A stretch of 62,269 nt of DNA, from assembly GCA_938075435.1 (NCBI GenBank), contig CALJHL010000127.1, positions 1 to 62,269 of the forward strand, given 5' to 3'. Each line of letters begins with the position of its first letter. Positions within the stretch are counted from its first letter, which is position 1. Below, piece by piece: positions 18,911 through 27,956 of this stretch. The translations under genes were made by a program, and so were the position numbers. Source of the DNA: an uncultured Thalassotalea sp. (lineage in GTDB: Bacteria > Pseudomonadota > Gammaproteobacteria > Enterobacterales > Alteromonadaceae). The notes under the pieces were generated by a model. The model was not told where the DNA came from and made no database searches. It saw only the letters and a list, made by a program, of their open reading frames with translations.

Positions 18911-20647
18911 TTAGTGAGCGTGAGCTACACCAGAACCTTTAGGAATACGAAGGTTCTCAACTAAACGTTGGATATGCTCTGGCGCATCACCGGTTGCTTT
19001 ACAGACAACAAAAGCGACAGTGAAATTCACTATTGCACCGACTGCTCCGAAGGCATTCGGAGATATGCCAAAGAACCAGTTCTCTTCAAGGCCACCTAAA
19101 AATGAGGTGCCTGGAATAAACATGATGCCTTTATGCTGGAATACATACAGCATGGTAATGCCAATACCTGAACACATGCCTGCAATTGCTGCTTTACCGC
19201 TCATTTTTTTCGAGAATATACCCATCATTAAGGCTGGGAATATACTTGAAGCGGCTAAGCCAAAGGCTAGGGCGACGGTACCTGCGGCAAACCCCGGCGG
19301 ATTGAGCCCGAGATAACCGGATATCAGTATGGATATAGTCATTACTATCCTACTGGCCCGCAATTCAGATTTTTCTGACAAGTTCGGTGTTAACACGCCT
19401 TTCATTAAATCATGGGAAATGGAGGAGGATATCGCCAACAATAAACCGGCGGCTGTCGACAACGCAGCAGCTAAACCACCTGCGGCTACCAAGGCTATTA
19501 CCCAGTTAGGCAAGTTGGCAATAGCTGGATTGGCGAGTACCATAATGTCACGGTCAACTTTATCCATTTCATTGGTAGCAGCATCCGCTACGTATTGAAC
19601 TTTACCATCACCATTTTTATCTTCAAATTTTAATAACCCAGTGTTTTCCCAATCTTTAAACCATTGTGGACGCTCTTCATAAACCATATGTTGACCGGCT
19701 TGTGGTTCAATAGTGTTCATTAAGTTAAGGCGTGCCATGGCACCAACTGCCGGAGCTACTGTGTACAGCAGAGCGATAAACACTAAGGCATAACCAGCAG
19801 AAGAACGGGCCGCTTTAACTGATGGAACAGTAAAGAAGCGCATAATTACATGCGGTAAACCAGCGGTGCCGATCATTAGTGACATAGTGTAAGCGAACAT
19901 ATTTAACGTACCGCCCATGTTATCGGTGGTGTATTCTTTAAAGCCTAAATCGGTTACCACTAAATCAAGTTTATCTAATAAGTAAACGCCACTGCCATCG
20001 GCTAAGGTGCTACCTAAGCCCAGTTGTGGAATAGGATTTCCGGTAAGTTGCAAAGAGATAAATACGGCTGGAATTGTGTAGGCAAAAATTAGTACACAAT
20101 ATTGGGCGATTTGAGTATAAGTGATGCCTTTCATACCACCCAGTACCGCGTAAACCCAAACAACCATCATGCCGATACCTAAGCCTAGGCCATAATCAAC
20201 TTCTAAGAAACGCGAGAAGGCAACACCAACGCCTTTCATTTGGCCAATAATATAGGTTAATGAAGCGATGATTAAACAGACTACCGCAACAATACGGGCG
20301 GTTTTGGAGTAATATCGGTCACTTATAAACTCGGGCACGGTGAATTTACCATGCTTACGCATATAAGGCGCTAAAAGGGTTGCTAGCAGTACATAACCAC
20401 CAGTCCAACCCATTAAAAATACTGAACCACCATAGCCTAAAAAGGCAATAAGACCCGCCATCGAAATGAACGATGCGGCGCTCATCCAGTCGGCACCAAT
20501 GGCCATACCGTTTTGCAATGGGGTAATACCACCGCCAGCGACATAAAAGTCACTGGTTGAAGATGCACGTGCCCACCAAGCGATACCGAAGTACACGGCA
20601 AATGAGCCGAATACGGCGATGTAGGTATAAAGTTTTAACTCATCCAT
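18911..20647 (-). CDS. actP: Sodium:solute symporter, ActP-like acetate permease subfamily
   Basis: NGMAIGADWMSAASF, GKFTVPEFI, GGMKGITYTQ, GTAGLPHV..RFFTVP, AAALSTAAGLL. Confidence 0.85.
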   Translation of the reverse strand: MDELKLYTYIAVFGSFAVYFGIAWWARASSTSDFYVAGGGITPLQNGMAIGADWMSAASFISMAGLIAFLGYGGSVFLMGWTGGYVLLATLLAPYMRKHGKFTVPEFISDRYYSKTARIVAVVCLIIASLTYIIGQMKGVGVAFSRFLEVDYGLGLGIGMMVVWVYAVLGGMKGITYTQIAQYCVLIFAYTIPAVFISLQLTGNPIPQLGLGSTLADGSGVYLLDKLDLVVTDLGFKEYTTDNMGGTLNMFAYTMSLMIGTAGLPHVIMRFFTVPSVKAARSSAGYALVFIALLYTVAPAVGAMARLNLMNTIEPQAGQHMVYEERPQWFKDWENTGLLKFEDKNGDGKVQYVADAATNEMDKVDRDIMVLANPAIANLPNWVIALVAAGGLAAALSTAAGLLLAISSSISHDLMKGVLTPNLSEKSELRASRIVMTISILISGYLGLNPPGFAAGTVALAFGLAASSIFPALMMGIFSKKMSGKAAIAGMCSGIGITMLYVFQHKGIMFIPGTSFLGGLEENWFFGISPNAFGAVGAIVNFTVAFVVCKATGDAPEHIQRLVENLRIPKGSGVAHAH

Positions 20648-20650
20648 TGC

Positions 20651-20899
20651 TTATTCCTCAACATCATATTTTTTATCTAGCTTGTTCATCTGGGCTGAAT
20701 ACCAGAAAACCAAAGCCACGAAAGTGTAGATAGAACCTTGCTGGGCAAACCAAAATCCAAGCTTGTAACCTCCTAAACGAAATTCGTTCAAAGGTTCTAC
20801 CAATATCAAACCAAAGCCAAATGAAACAACAAACCAAATGACAAGACAGATGAATATGAGGCGTAGGTTTTCGCGCCAATAACTATTATTACTCTCCAC
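20651..20899 (-). CDS. DUF4212 small membrane subunit of solute symporter
   Basis: YWRENL, GFWFAQQGS, MNKLD; GTG start after AGGAG. Confidence 0.9.
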   Translation of the reverse strand: MESNNSYWRENLRLIFICLVIWFVVSFGFGLILVEPLNEFRLGGYKLGFWFAQQGSIYTFVALVFWYSAQMNKLDKKYDVEE

Positions 20900-21076
20900 A
20901 ATGCTCTCCTCTTTAATAGACCTATTTGCTAGATTTGAAAATCTATACTTTTATTATCGTTATAATCTAAATTGAAATAATTAGTAATTCAGGAAGAAGA
21001 CTTGCATTAAAACTAATTAAATTGGCAAAATCTTTTTCTAACTAACACCCTAACAAGTAGGTTGGGATAAAAATAT

Positions 21077-21090
21077 GCAACTTTAGTCTT
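21077..21090 (-). promoter_or_regulatory. Degenerate CrbR-type site AAGAC-TAAA-GTTGC upstream of DUF4212-actP
   Basis: One good half-site plus the TAAA-type spacer shared with the other sites. Confidence 0.35.
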
Positions 21091-21222
21091 AGTCCTCAGG
21101 GTTTCGTGACACTAACACCCTTCGACAGACAGAAACCTGACGGTTTGAGTCTTGGTCTTAGTCCTCAGTTTTATCCTGCGGAATCAACTTCGACAGACAG
21201 CAACCTAGCGGTTTGGGTCTTG
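21086..21222. repeat. Two tandem ~69-bp structured units (conserved arms around a variable 19-20 nt segment)
   Basis: GTCTTAGTCCTCAG at 21086 and 21155; CTTCGACAGACAG at 21120 and 21188; (A/C)AACCT..CGGTTTG(A/G)GTCTTG at 21133 and 21201. Confidence 0.85.
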
Positions 21223-21267
21223 ACCTAGCTTGGGTAGGCAATTAATTTACTGATAGATAAGAGTGCG

Positions 21268-21749
21268 GTGTTTTTATTGGCATTGTGTTCGGCTATTGGC
21301 CTAAGTTCGCTAATTATTGCTTCGCCAGTATTGTTTAAGGCGATTAAATTGTTAGGTGCCGCTTATTTGTTTTATCTGGGCGGTAAGATCGTTATCAACA
21401 ATCTTCCTAAGCAAAATAAAGCTTGCTCAACGCCAACAGTCGCAACTACTCAACTTGCCATAATTTACAAACGGTTACTGTGGCGTGAACATTTTTTAGT
21501 GGCAATTTCAAATCCAAAAGCCTTGTTATTTTTCACGGCTCTTTTCCCTCAATTCATTGAGGGGCTATCTTGGCAGTTTCTACCCTTGCATGTATTAGTT
21601 TAATGTCGGCATTTCTGTTTCCATTTAGTTATGCCTTGCTGGGCAAAAACGCGGCTAAATTACCGATTTCAGAACACCTAAAACAAGCCTTTTATTTACT
21701 TGTTGGGTTGTTGTTCATTTGCTTTGCCGCATCATTATTAATCTGGTAA
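21268..21749 (+). pseudogene. LysE/RhtB-family exporter pseudogene (5'-truncated, frameshifted near 21600)
   Basis: LFKAIKLLGAAYLFYLG and SNPKALLFF..LFPQFI; N-terminal PGP segment missing; C-terminal helices continue in another frame (21603-21749: MSAFLFPFSYALLG…GLLFICFAASLLIW). Confidence 0.75.
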
Positions 21750-21839
21750 TTATCAACACTAAAATAAAAACAAGTTTAATCAATCGCTTGCCTGCCTCAA
21801 ACTAACCCTATACTTTACAGCGCCTAGCGTCTTTTCCTT

Positions 21840-21853
21840 AGTCCTTTAGTCTA
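21840..21853 (-). promoter_or_regulatory. Degenerate CrbR-type site TAGAC-TAAA-GGACT upstream of DUF294 gene
   Basis: Perfect TAGAC half-site plus TAAA spacer, ~85 bp upstream of the start codon. Confidence 0.4.
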
Positions 21854-21936
21854 GTTTTACCGGCATTTAGTTGAGTTAATTGCCACAATCCTATACAACT
21901 AATAGTAATAAATTTTAATGTGTTGTAGGATTTTTT

Positions 21937-23784
21937 ATGAGTACTGAGATGGCCGACATTCATGATTTTGTGAAAGCGATTGAACCATTTAATCAGTTAG
22001 CAGATGAAGTGATTGGGCAAGTTATTAGCCACATTAGTATCTGTTATGTGCGGGCAGGTGAAGCGCTGCCGCCACCGGGTATTGAGCAGCCGCATGTGTA
22101 TTTTCTTCGTAAAGGTGCACTGGCTTATTACAATGGAGAAGGTGAACTGCTTGGCAAGTTTGGTGAAGGCGATATTTGTACGGTTTTTTGCAACAATATT
22201 GATGAACGACACCTTAAAGTAATTCCTGAAGAAGACACCCTATTGTGCGCAATTGACTATCAGCAATTGCAGCAAGTCATTAAAGACTACCCTTATGTGT
22301 TAGCGTTTTTTATGGATAGCGCTGCCCAGCGGTTACAACATAAAGTGGCGAGTATTAATGAAGAGGCGATAATGTCTTCGACTTTAATGAATACTTCAAT
22401 TGGCGACTTTTATCATGCCCCCGCGGTGACCATAGATGAACAGCAGAGCATTCAACAGGCCGCAAAAAAAATGACCGAATTAGGGTTTTCCTGTTTGATG
22501 GTGTTGGCTGAGGGACAATTAGCCGGTATTGTTACCGACAAGGATTTACGCCGCCGATGTATTGCTGAAGGTGTAGACTTTGCTCGACCGGTTAGTGAAA
22601 TCATGACCACCGATTTACAACTTATCGATATCAACCATAGTGCTTATGATGCATTGACCCAAATGACGAGCCAACACATTCATCATTTACCGGTCACCAA
22701 GAACGGTCAATTAGCGGGGATGATCACCGTAACCGACTTAATGAATCAGGAAGGGTTAAATGCGGTCAATATGACCAGTACCATTGGCAAAGCGAGTAGC
22801 GTTAGCGAATTGGCAAAGATTGCTTTGTTGTTACCAAGGCTGCAAATTCGAATGGCTAAGTTAGGTACCACCGCCGATCATGTTGGTAAAACGATTAGTG
22901 CCATCACCGGGTCATTTACCATGCGATTAATTGCTATGGCTAAACAAGAGTTTGGTCCGGCGCCAGTGCCTTTTGCTTGGCTAGCTGCCGGTTCACAAGC
23001 CAGGCAGGAACAGTTTGCTCATTCTGATCAAGACAATGCGCTAATTATTTCTGATGATATGCAACCTGAGGACGATGTCTGGTTTGCGCAATTAGCTACC
23101 TTTGTTTGTGACGGTTTGGCGGCCTGTGGCTTTATTTATTGCCCGGGTAATGTGATGGCGACCAACGCGGAGTGGCGGCAACCAGCTCGGGTGTGGGGCC
23201 AATATTTTGATAAATGGATCACTCAACCAGAGCCCTTAGCGTTAATGCATAGCAGTGTGTTTTTCGATTTGAATACCGTCTGTGGCGATGCGTCATTATT
23301 GACTAATGTGCGCGCCAACATGTTAGCTAAAACCAAAACAAATACCTTATTTATTGCCCATTTATCCGGTAATGCCTTAAAACTGCGACCGCCATTAGGA
23401 TTTTTTCGTGACTTTGTGTTGATCGCCAATGGTAAACATAAAAAAACCCTAGATTTAAAACACAATGGCATAGCGCCTATTGTCGATTTGGCAAGAATTT
23501 ATGCCTTATCGGAAGGAATTACGGCGGTAAATACTATCGAACGTTTGCGCCTAGCAGCCGGTACGCCATCGCTAAGCACCCCCGCGGCGGCAAATTTGAT
23601 CGATGCTTATGAATTTCTAGGAATGTTGCGGGTTGAACACCAAGTTCAGCAATTACAGGCAAATGTTGAAGCTGATAATTACTTGGCTCCAAAAGAAATT
23701 TCTCGACTCGAACGAGAACATTTAAAAGATGCTTTTAAGGTGATTAAAAGCATGCAAAGTAATCGGCAAACCACTTATTCTTAA
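21937..23784 (+). CDS. cNMP-binding + 2xCBS + DUF294 putative nucleotidyltransferase protein
   Basis: GIVTDKDLR and HHLPV CBS motifs; GSQARQEQ…SDQDNA NTase motif; CPGNVMATN, DLKH.G..PIV. Confidence 0.9.
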   Translation: MSTEMADIHDFVKAIEPFNQLADEVIGQVISHISICYVRAGEALPPPGIEQPHVYFLRKGALAYYNGEGELLGKFGEGDICTVFCNNIDERHLKVIPEEDTLLCAIDYQQLQQVIKDYPYVLAFFMDSAAQRLQHKVASINEEAIMSSTLMNTSIGDFYHAPAVTIDEQQSIQQAAKKMTELGFSCLMVLAEGQLAGIVTDKDLRRRCIAEGVDFARPVSEIMTTDLQLIDINHSAYDALTQMTSQHIHHLPVTKNGQLAGMITVTDLMNQEGLNAVNMTSTIGKASSVSELAKIALLLPRLQIRMAKLGTTADHVGKTISAITGSFTMRLIAMAKQEFGPAPVPFAWLAAGSQARQEQFAHSDQDNALIISDDMQPEDDVWFAQLATFVCDGLAACGFIYCPGNVMATNAEWRQPARVWGQYFDKWITQPEPLALMHSSVFFDLNTVCGDASLLTNVRANMLAKTKTNTLFIAHLSGNALKLRPPLGFFRDFVLIANGKHKKTLDLKHNGIAPIVDLARIYALSEGITAVNTIERLRLAAGTPSLSTPAAANLIDAYEFLGMLRVEHQVQQLQANVEADNYLAPKEISRLEREHLKDAFKVIKSMQSNRQTTYS

Positions 23785-23799
23785 TGTTGAGATCGTTTA

Positions 23800-24495
23800 A
23801 TGCAAAATTTATTTGATTATTTTTTCTCAATTGAACGCCAACGTATAAAGTTATTGGCACGAGCACCTCAAGGCCCTATTAAAGAGTTCCTAAAAGTGCC
23901 ATTTCCAGATCCACAACAAAGCCTAGCGAAAACGCCAATTTTGGCAGTTGATTTTGAAACCACCGGTCTCAATGCTAAGCAAGATAAGTTGCTAAGTGTC
24001 GGCTATGTAAATATCAACAATGGTCTAATCAAGCTAGGGACAAGTCAGCATAGTATTATTACCAGTGCCGGCGAAATGAGCAAAGAAAATGTGATTATTC
24101 ACCAAATTACCGACTCAGAAAAAGCCAAGGGAAGCCAGCTAGAGCAAGTGGTCAGCCAATTGTTAACCGACCTAGCGGGTAAGGCGATGTTGGTTCATTA
24201 TGCCAATATTGAAAAAAGTTTTTTACAGCAAGCCTGTATGGAGCTATACGGTATGGCGCCAGTCTGGCCTATTATTGATACCTTAGCGTTGGCGAAAAAA
24301 CAATTTGATCGCCAACAAAAACATTACCACCCATCACAATTAAGATTGGTAAATCTGCGCGCTGATTATAATTTACCTGCCCACCATGAACACAATGCTC
24401 TCAACGATGCCATTGCCACCGGCGAATTGTTGTTAGCGTTAATGCGTCACTATCCGCAAGGTTTGCATACTCCATTACAACAATTTTTAGTTTAA
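23800..24495 (+). CDS. DEDDh 3'-5' exonuclease-domain protein (DnaQ-like)
   Basis: AVDFETTGL, IIDTL, HNALNDA. Confidence 0.85.
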   Translation: MQNLFDYFFSIERQRIKLLARAPQGPIKEFLKVPFPDPQQSLAKTPILAVDFETTGLNAKQDKLLSVGYVNINNGLIKLGTSQHSIITSAGEMSKENVIIHQITDSEKAKGSQLEQVVSQLLTDLAGKAMLVHYANIEKSFLQQACMELYGMAPVWPIIDTLALAKKQFDRQQKHYHPSQLRLVNLRADYNLPAHHEHNALNDAIATGELLLALMRHYPQGLHTPLQQFLV

Positions 24496-24539
24496 TGATT
24501 CGATAAAGCACTGCTATTACAGTTGGTTATTTGGGTGCT

Positions 24540-24586
24540 TAGACTAAGGTCTAGGCCTTAATAAGCCAATTTTAGACTTAGGTCTA
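24540..24586. promoter_or_regulatory. Two perfect TAGAC-N4-GTCTA palindromes upstream of acs (CrbR boxes, inferred)
   Basis: TAGACTAAGGTCTA 24540-24553 and TAGACTTAGGTCTA 24573-24586, 33 bp apart. Confidence 0.8.
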
Positions 24587-24683
24587 ATATCGGTATCCGC
24601 TAAAACTCTTTACCTTGAAGCATAACAAAATTATAGGGCTGTTTTCAGATCGACAGTTAAGCCCATCAGGTAAGGAAATATTT

Positions 24684-26579
24684 ATGAGTAATGATAAAAA
24701 TCAGGATATATTTTATCCGAGTCAAGAAGTAATCGACCAAGCCAATGTTAGTGATTACGAAGCTATGTATAAGTATTCAGTTGAAGACCGTGAAGGCTTT
24801 TGGGCTGAGCAAGCAGAGACACTTGATTGGTATAAAAAGTGGGATACGGTATTAGATGAAACTAACGCCCCTTTTTATAAATGGTTTGATGGTGGTCATA
24901 TCAATATTGTTCATAATGCCATTGACCGTCACCTTGAAAATGCTAATCGTAATAAAATGGCCATTATCTGGGAAGGTGAAAATGGTCAAAAACGCAATTA
25001 CTCATACAATGGCTTAAACCGCGAAGTCTGCCAATTTGCCAATGTGTTAAAAAGCATGGGCGTTAATAAAGGCGATATCGTTACCATTTATATGCCGCAA
25101 ATACCTGAACTGGTTTTTGCAATGTTGGCTTGTGCAAAAATTGGCGCGATTCACTCGGTTGTATACGGTGGTTTTAGTACCGAAGCGTTAGCGTCTCGAA
25201 TTGATGATGCACATTCGCGCGTATTAATCACTGCCGATGGTGGCTGGCGTCGTGGTAAAGCAATTGACTTAAAGTCGATTGCTGATGATGCAATGAAACG
25301 CTCACCAAGTATTGAAGTGTGTATTTGTGTTAAAAATAATAATCTTGATGTTGAAATGGAAGCTTCACGCGACTTTTGGTTGCACGATTTAAAGGCCTTG
25401 CCTATTGCTGGTAGCAAATGTGAGACCGAACAAACTGATGCCGAAGATCCGCTATTTATCTTATATACCTCAGGTACAACAGGTCAACCGAAAGGCATGG
25501 TGCATACCCATGGTGGCTATGCAGTTTATACCTCCACCACTCACCGGATGGCGTTCGATATTAAACCGCAAGACCGCTGGTGGTGCGCCGCCGATCCCGG
25601 TTGGATAACCGGTCACAGTTATATCGTATATGGACCGTTAATTAATGGCGCTACGATTGTGCTTTATGAAGGTGCGCCAAACTACCCTTACCCGAACCGT
25701 TGGTGGCAGATCATTGAAAATTACGGCATCAATATTTTATACACCTCGCCAACCGCAATTCGTGGGCTGATGCGCTTTGGCGAACGCTGGCCGAAAAAGC
25801 ATGATCTTTCGAGTTTACGATTATTAGGTAGTGTCGGCGAGCCAATTAACCCTGAAGCGTGGCGTTGGTATCACGATGTAATTGGTAATGGTAAATGCCC
25901 AATTATTGATACATGGTGGCAAACTGAAACCGGCGGTTTTATGATTTGTCCACTGCCGATAACACCATTAAAACCTGGCTCGGCGACTAAGCCATTCTTT
26001 GGCAATGAAATTACTATTGTCGATGACGATGGCGTCCAAGTTGGCGCTAACGAAGAAGGCAAGTTGATGATCAACAATCCTTGGCCGGGGATGGCACGCA
26101 CCATTTTTAAAGACCCACAACGTTATCAAGATTTGTATTGGAGCAGGGTAGATGGCAAGTGGCGTTATTTAGCCGGTGACAGTGCCAAGCAAGATGAAGA
26201 TGGTTATATCTGGGTTATCGGTCGAATTGATGAAGTCTTAAAAGTAAGTGGTTATCGTTTAGGTACCGCCGAAATTGAAAGTGCCTTAGTAAGTCATCCT
26301 ATGGTTACCGAAGCCGCTGCAGTAGGGCTACCGCATGAACTTAAGGGTAATGCCATTCATACCTACGTGATGCTTAAGGATGGGGTGGTGGGAGATAACA
26401 ACCTTGTGCAAGAACTTAAGGTTCATGTTGGTGCGGAAATGGGCAAAATTGCCGTACCAGAAGCGATTGAATTTGTGGATTCATTGCCAAAAACACGTTC
26501 TGGGAAAATTATGCGACGGGTGCTAAAAGCCCGAGCCCTAGGTCAGGATGAAGGTGATTTAAGCACCCTCGAGGAATAA
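24684..26579 (+). CDS. acs: Acetyl-CoA synthetase (acetate-CoA ligase)
   Basis: YTSGTTGQPKG, GWITGHSY, SVGEPINPEAW, DTWWQTETGG, PKTRSGKIMRR; ATG 24684 after TAAGGA preferred over TTG 24615. Confidence 0.93.
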   Translation: MSNDKNQDIFYPSQEVIDQANVSDYEAMYKYSVEDREGFWAEQAETLDWYKKWDTVLDETNAPFYKWFDGGHINIVHNAIDRHLENANRNKMAIIWEGENGQKRNYSYNGLNREVCQFANVLKSMGVNKGDIVTIYMPQIPELVFAMLACAKIGAIHSVVYGGFSTEALASRIDDAHSRVLITADGGWRRGKAIDLKSIADDAMKRSPSIEVCICVKNNNLDVEMEASRDFWLHDLKALPIAGSKCETEQTDAEDPLFILYTSGTTGQPKGMVHTHGGYAVYTSTTHRMAFDIKPQDRWWCAADPGWITGHSYIVYGPLINGATIVLYEGAPNYPYPNRWWQIIENYGINILYTSPTAIRGLMRFGERWPKKHDLSSLRLLGSVGEPINPEAWRWYHDVIGNGKCPIIDTWWQTETGGFMICPLPITPLKPGSATKPFFGNEITIVDDDGVQVGANEEGKLMINNPWPGMARTIFKDPQRYQDLYWSRVDGKWRYLAGDSAKQDEDGYIWVIGRIDEVLKVSGYRLGTAEIESALVSHPMVTEAAAVGLPHELKGNAIHTYVMLKDGVVGDNNLVQELKVHVGAEMGKIAVPEAIEFVDSLPKTRSGKIMRRVLKARALGQDEGDLSTLEE

Positions 26580-26704
26580 CTAAATAGTATGTATTTAAGC
26601 AGTACAAATAACATAAAAAATGCGGGGGTTACTCTCCCGTTAAATTTAATTAATCGCAACAAGGGATAGTTTATATTCCCTATCATTGCGATGGGGAGTA
26701 CAAA

Positions 26705-27766
26705 ATGTTGAAAAAAAATAAAATAGCGTTAGCCACTGGATTAGCCTTATTAGCCAGTAACGCCCAGGCTACTTATACTTTTGAAATTAATGAGCAAGAT
26801 AGTATTACCTTCGGTGGTTATATTAAAGTTGATGCTCGTTATGTTGATGGTGATGTTGGTTATCAAGATTATTGGATTGGTGGTGGTACGGCGTTAACTG
26901 AAGATGCCTCGAAGATGAAATTGTTTGCCAATGAATCACGCTTTAACATGAAATTTGTACATGGTGAAGTTATCGGCTTTATCGAAATGGATTTTTATGG
27001 CGGCGGTGGTAATGAGATCATTTCTAATTCATCGCATCCTCGCCTTCGTCACGCCACTATAAAATATAAAAACTTATTAGTTGGTCAAACTTGGACGACG
27101 TTTATGAACACCAGTTCATTAGCCGAAACCGCTGATTTTGCTGGGCCATTAGTCGCAGAACCTTTTGTGCGTAATACCATGATCCGTTACACCATAGGTG
27201 GTTTGCAATTGGCTGTTGAAAACCCCGAGTCTTGGGGTGATGATTCAATAGATGACAGCCCAGATGCCGATTCTGCCAATGATGATCTTCCCGATTTCGT
27301 TGCAAAATATGGTTTTTCTGGTGATTGGGGCAATGTTTCGGCAGCGGCGTTATTTAGACGTTTAAACTTAGACAATGGTGATACCGAATCGGCAGTTGGT
27401 GCTTCGGTTGCTGGCCGAGTTAAAACCTTCGGCAAAGATGATTTTCGATTTTCGGTTAGTTACGGCAATTTAGGCCGTTATGTTGGTGTTACCGCGGCAA
27501 CTGATGTTTGGAATGGTGAAGCTGAAGAGTCGACATCGGTTATGGCCGCATATCGCCATTTTTGGAGCGAAGATACTCGAACTACGATATTTATGGGGCA
27601 TACCACTACCGAAGAAAGTGACAGAGAGCGCAGCCAATACGGTATTAATATATTTAAAAACTATACGCCGCAATTATCGTATGGGGTCGAAGTTGGTAAC
27701 TTCGATATCAAAGATGTCGATGTTAGCTCTATGTATGTACAATTTTCCGCTAAATTTGTGATCTAG
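26705..27766 (+). CDS. dcaP: DcaP-family trimeric outer-membrane porin
   Basis: Signal peptide; FGGYIKVD, ESRF, FIEMDF, PRLRHA, GQTWTTF motifs; C-terminal aromatic beta-strand. Confidence 0.8.
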   Translation: MLKKNKIALATGLALLASNAQATYTFEINEQDSITFGGYIKVDARYVDGDVGYQDYWIGGGTALTEDASKMKLFANESRFNMKFVHGEVIGFIEMDFYGGGGNEIISNSSHPRLRHATIKYKNLLVGQTWTTFMNTSSLAETADFAGPLVAEPFVRNTMIRYTIGGLQLAVENPESWGDDSIDDSPDADSANDDLPDFVAKYGFSGDWGNVSAAALFRRLNLDNGDTESAVGASVAGRVKTFGKDDFRFSVSYGNLGRYVGVTAATDVWNGEAEESTSVMAAYRHFWSEDTRTTIFMGHTTTEESDRERSQYGINIFKNYTPQLSYGVEVGNFDIKDVDVSSMYVQFSAKFVI

Positions 27767-27832
27767 TGCTTATATTAAGCTGAAGTTAATAAACTTTTCC
27801 CTCGTTCTTATTCGCCTATAACGAGGTTTTTC

Positions 27833-27860
27833 AGGGGAAGCATTGCTTCCCCTTTTTTTT
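27833..27860 (+). terminator. Intrinsic terminator after dcaP
   Basis: AGGGGAAGC-ATT-GCTTCCCCT followed by a T run. Confidence 0.9.
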
Positions 27861-27861
27861 G

Positions 27862-27953
27862 CCCTCAGGACGAGGGTACGCCGATAGAGCCAAGGATGGC
27901 GAAGTTTCGGTGGGTGAATTTTAAGGGTACGCCGATAGAGCCAAGGATGGCGA
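27862..27953 (+). repeat. 30-bp perfect direct repeat x2 containing GCCA-AGGA-TGGC hairpins, plus a CCCTC-AGGAC-GAGGG hairpin
   Basis: AGGGTACGCCGATAGAGCCAAGGATGGCGA at 27873-27902 and 27924-27953. Confidence 0.85.
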
Positions 27954-27956
27954 TAC

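Noticed and set aside
21120-21168. Hammerhead ribozyme (CUGAGGA on the minus strand)
   Set aside because: The required stem II closure and GAAA core are not in register (CAAA/GAAG instead)
21086-21222. CRISPR or TIGR array
   Set aside because: Only one full and two partial repeats, 19-20 nt self-pairing inserts, and no cas or Nop-domain gene in the window
24615-24683. N-terminal extension of Acs from TTG (similar extensions for hemerythrin, nirH, glgB, DnrP-like)
   Set aside because: Downstream ATGs match family N-termini and mostly have clearer Shine-Dalgarno sequences
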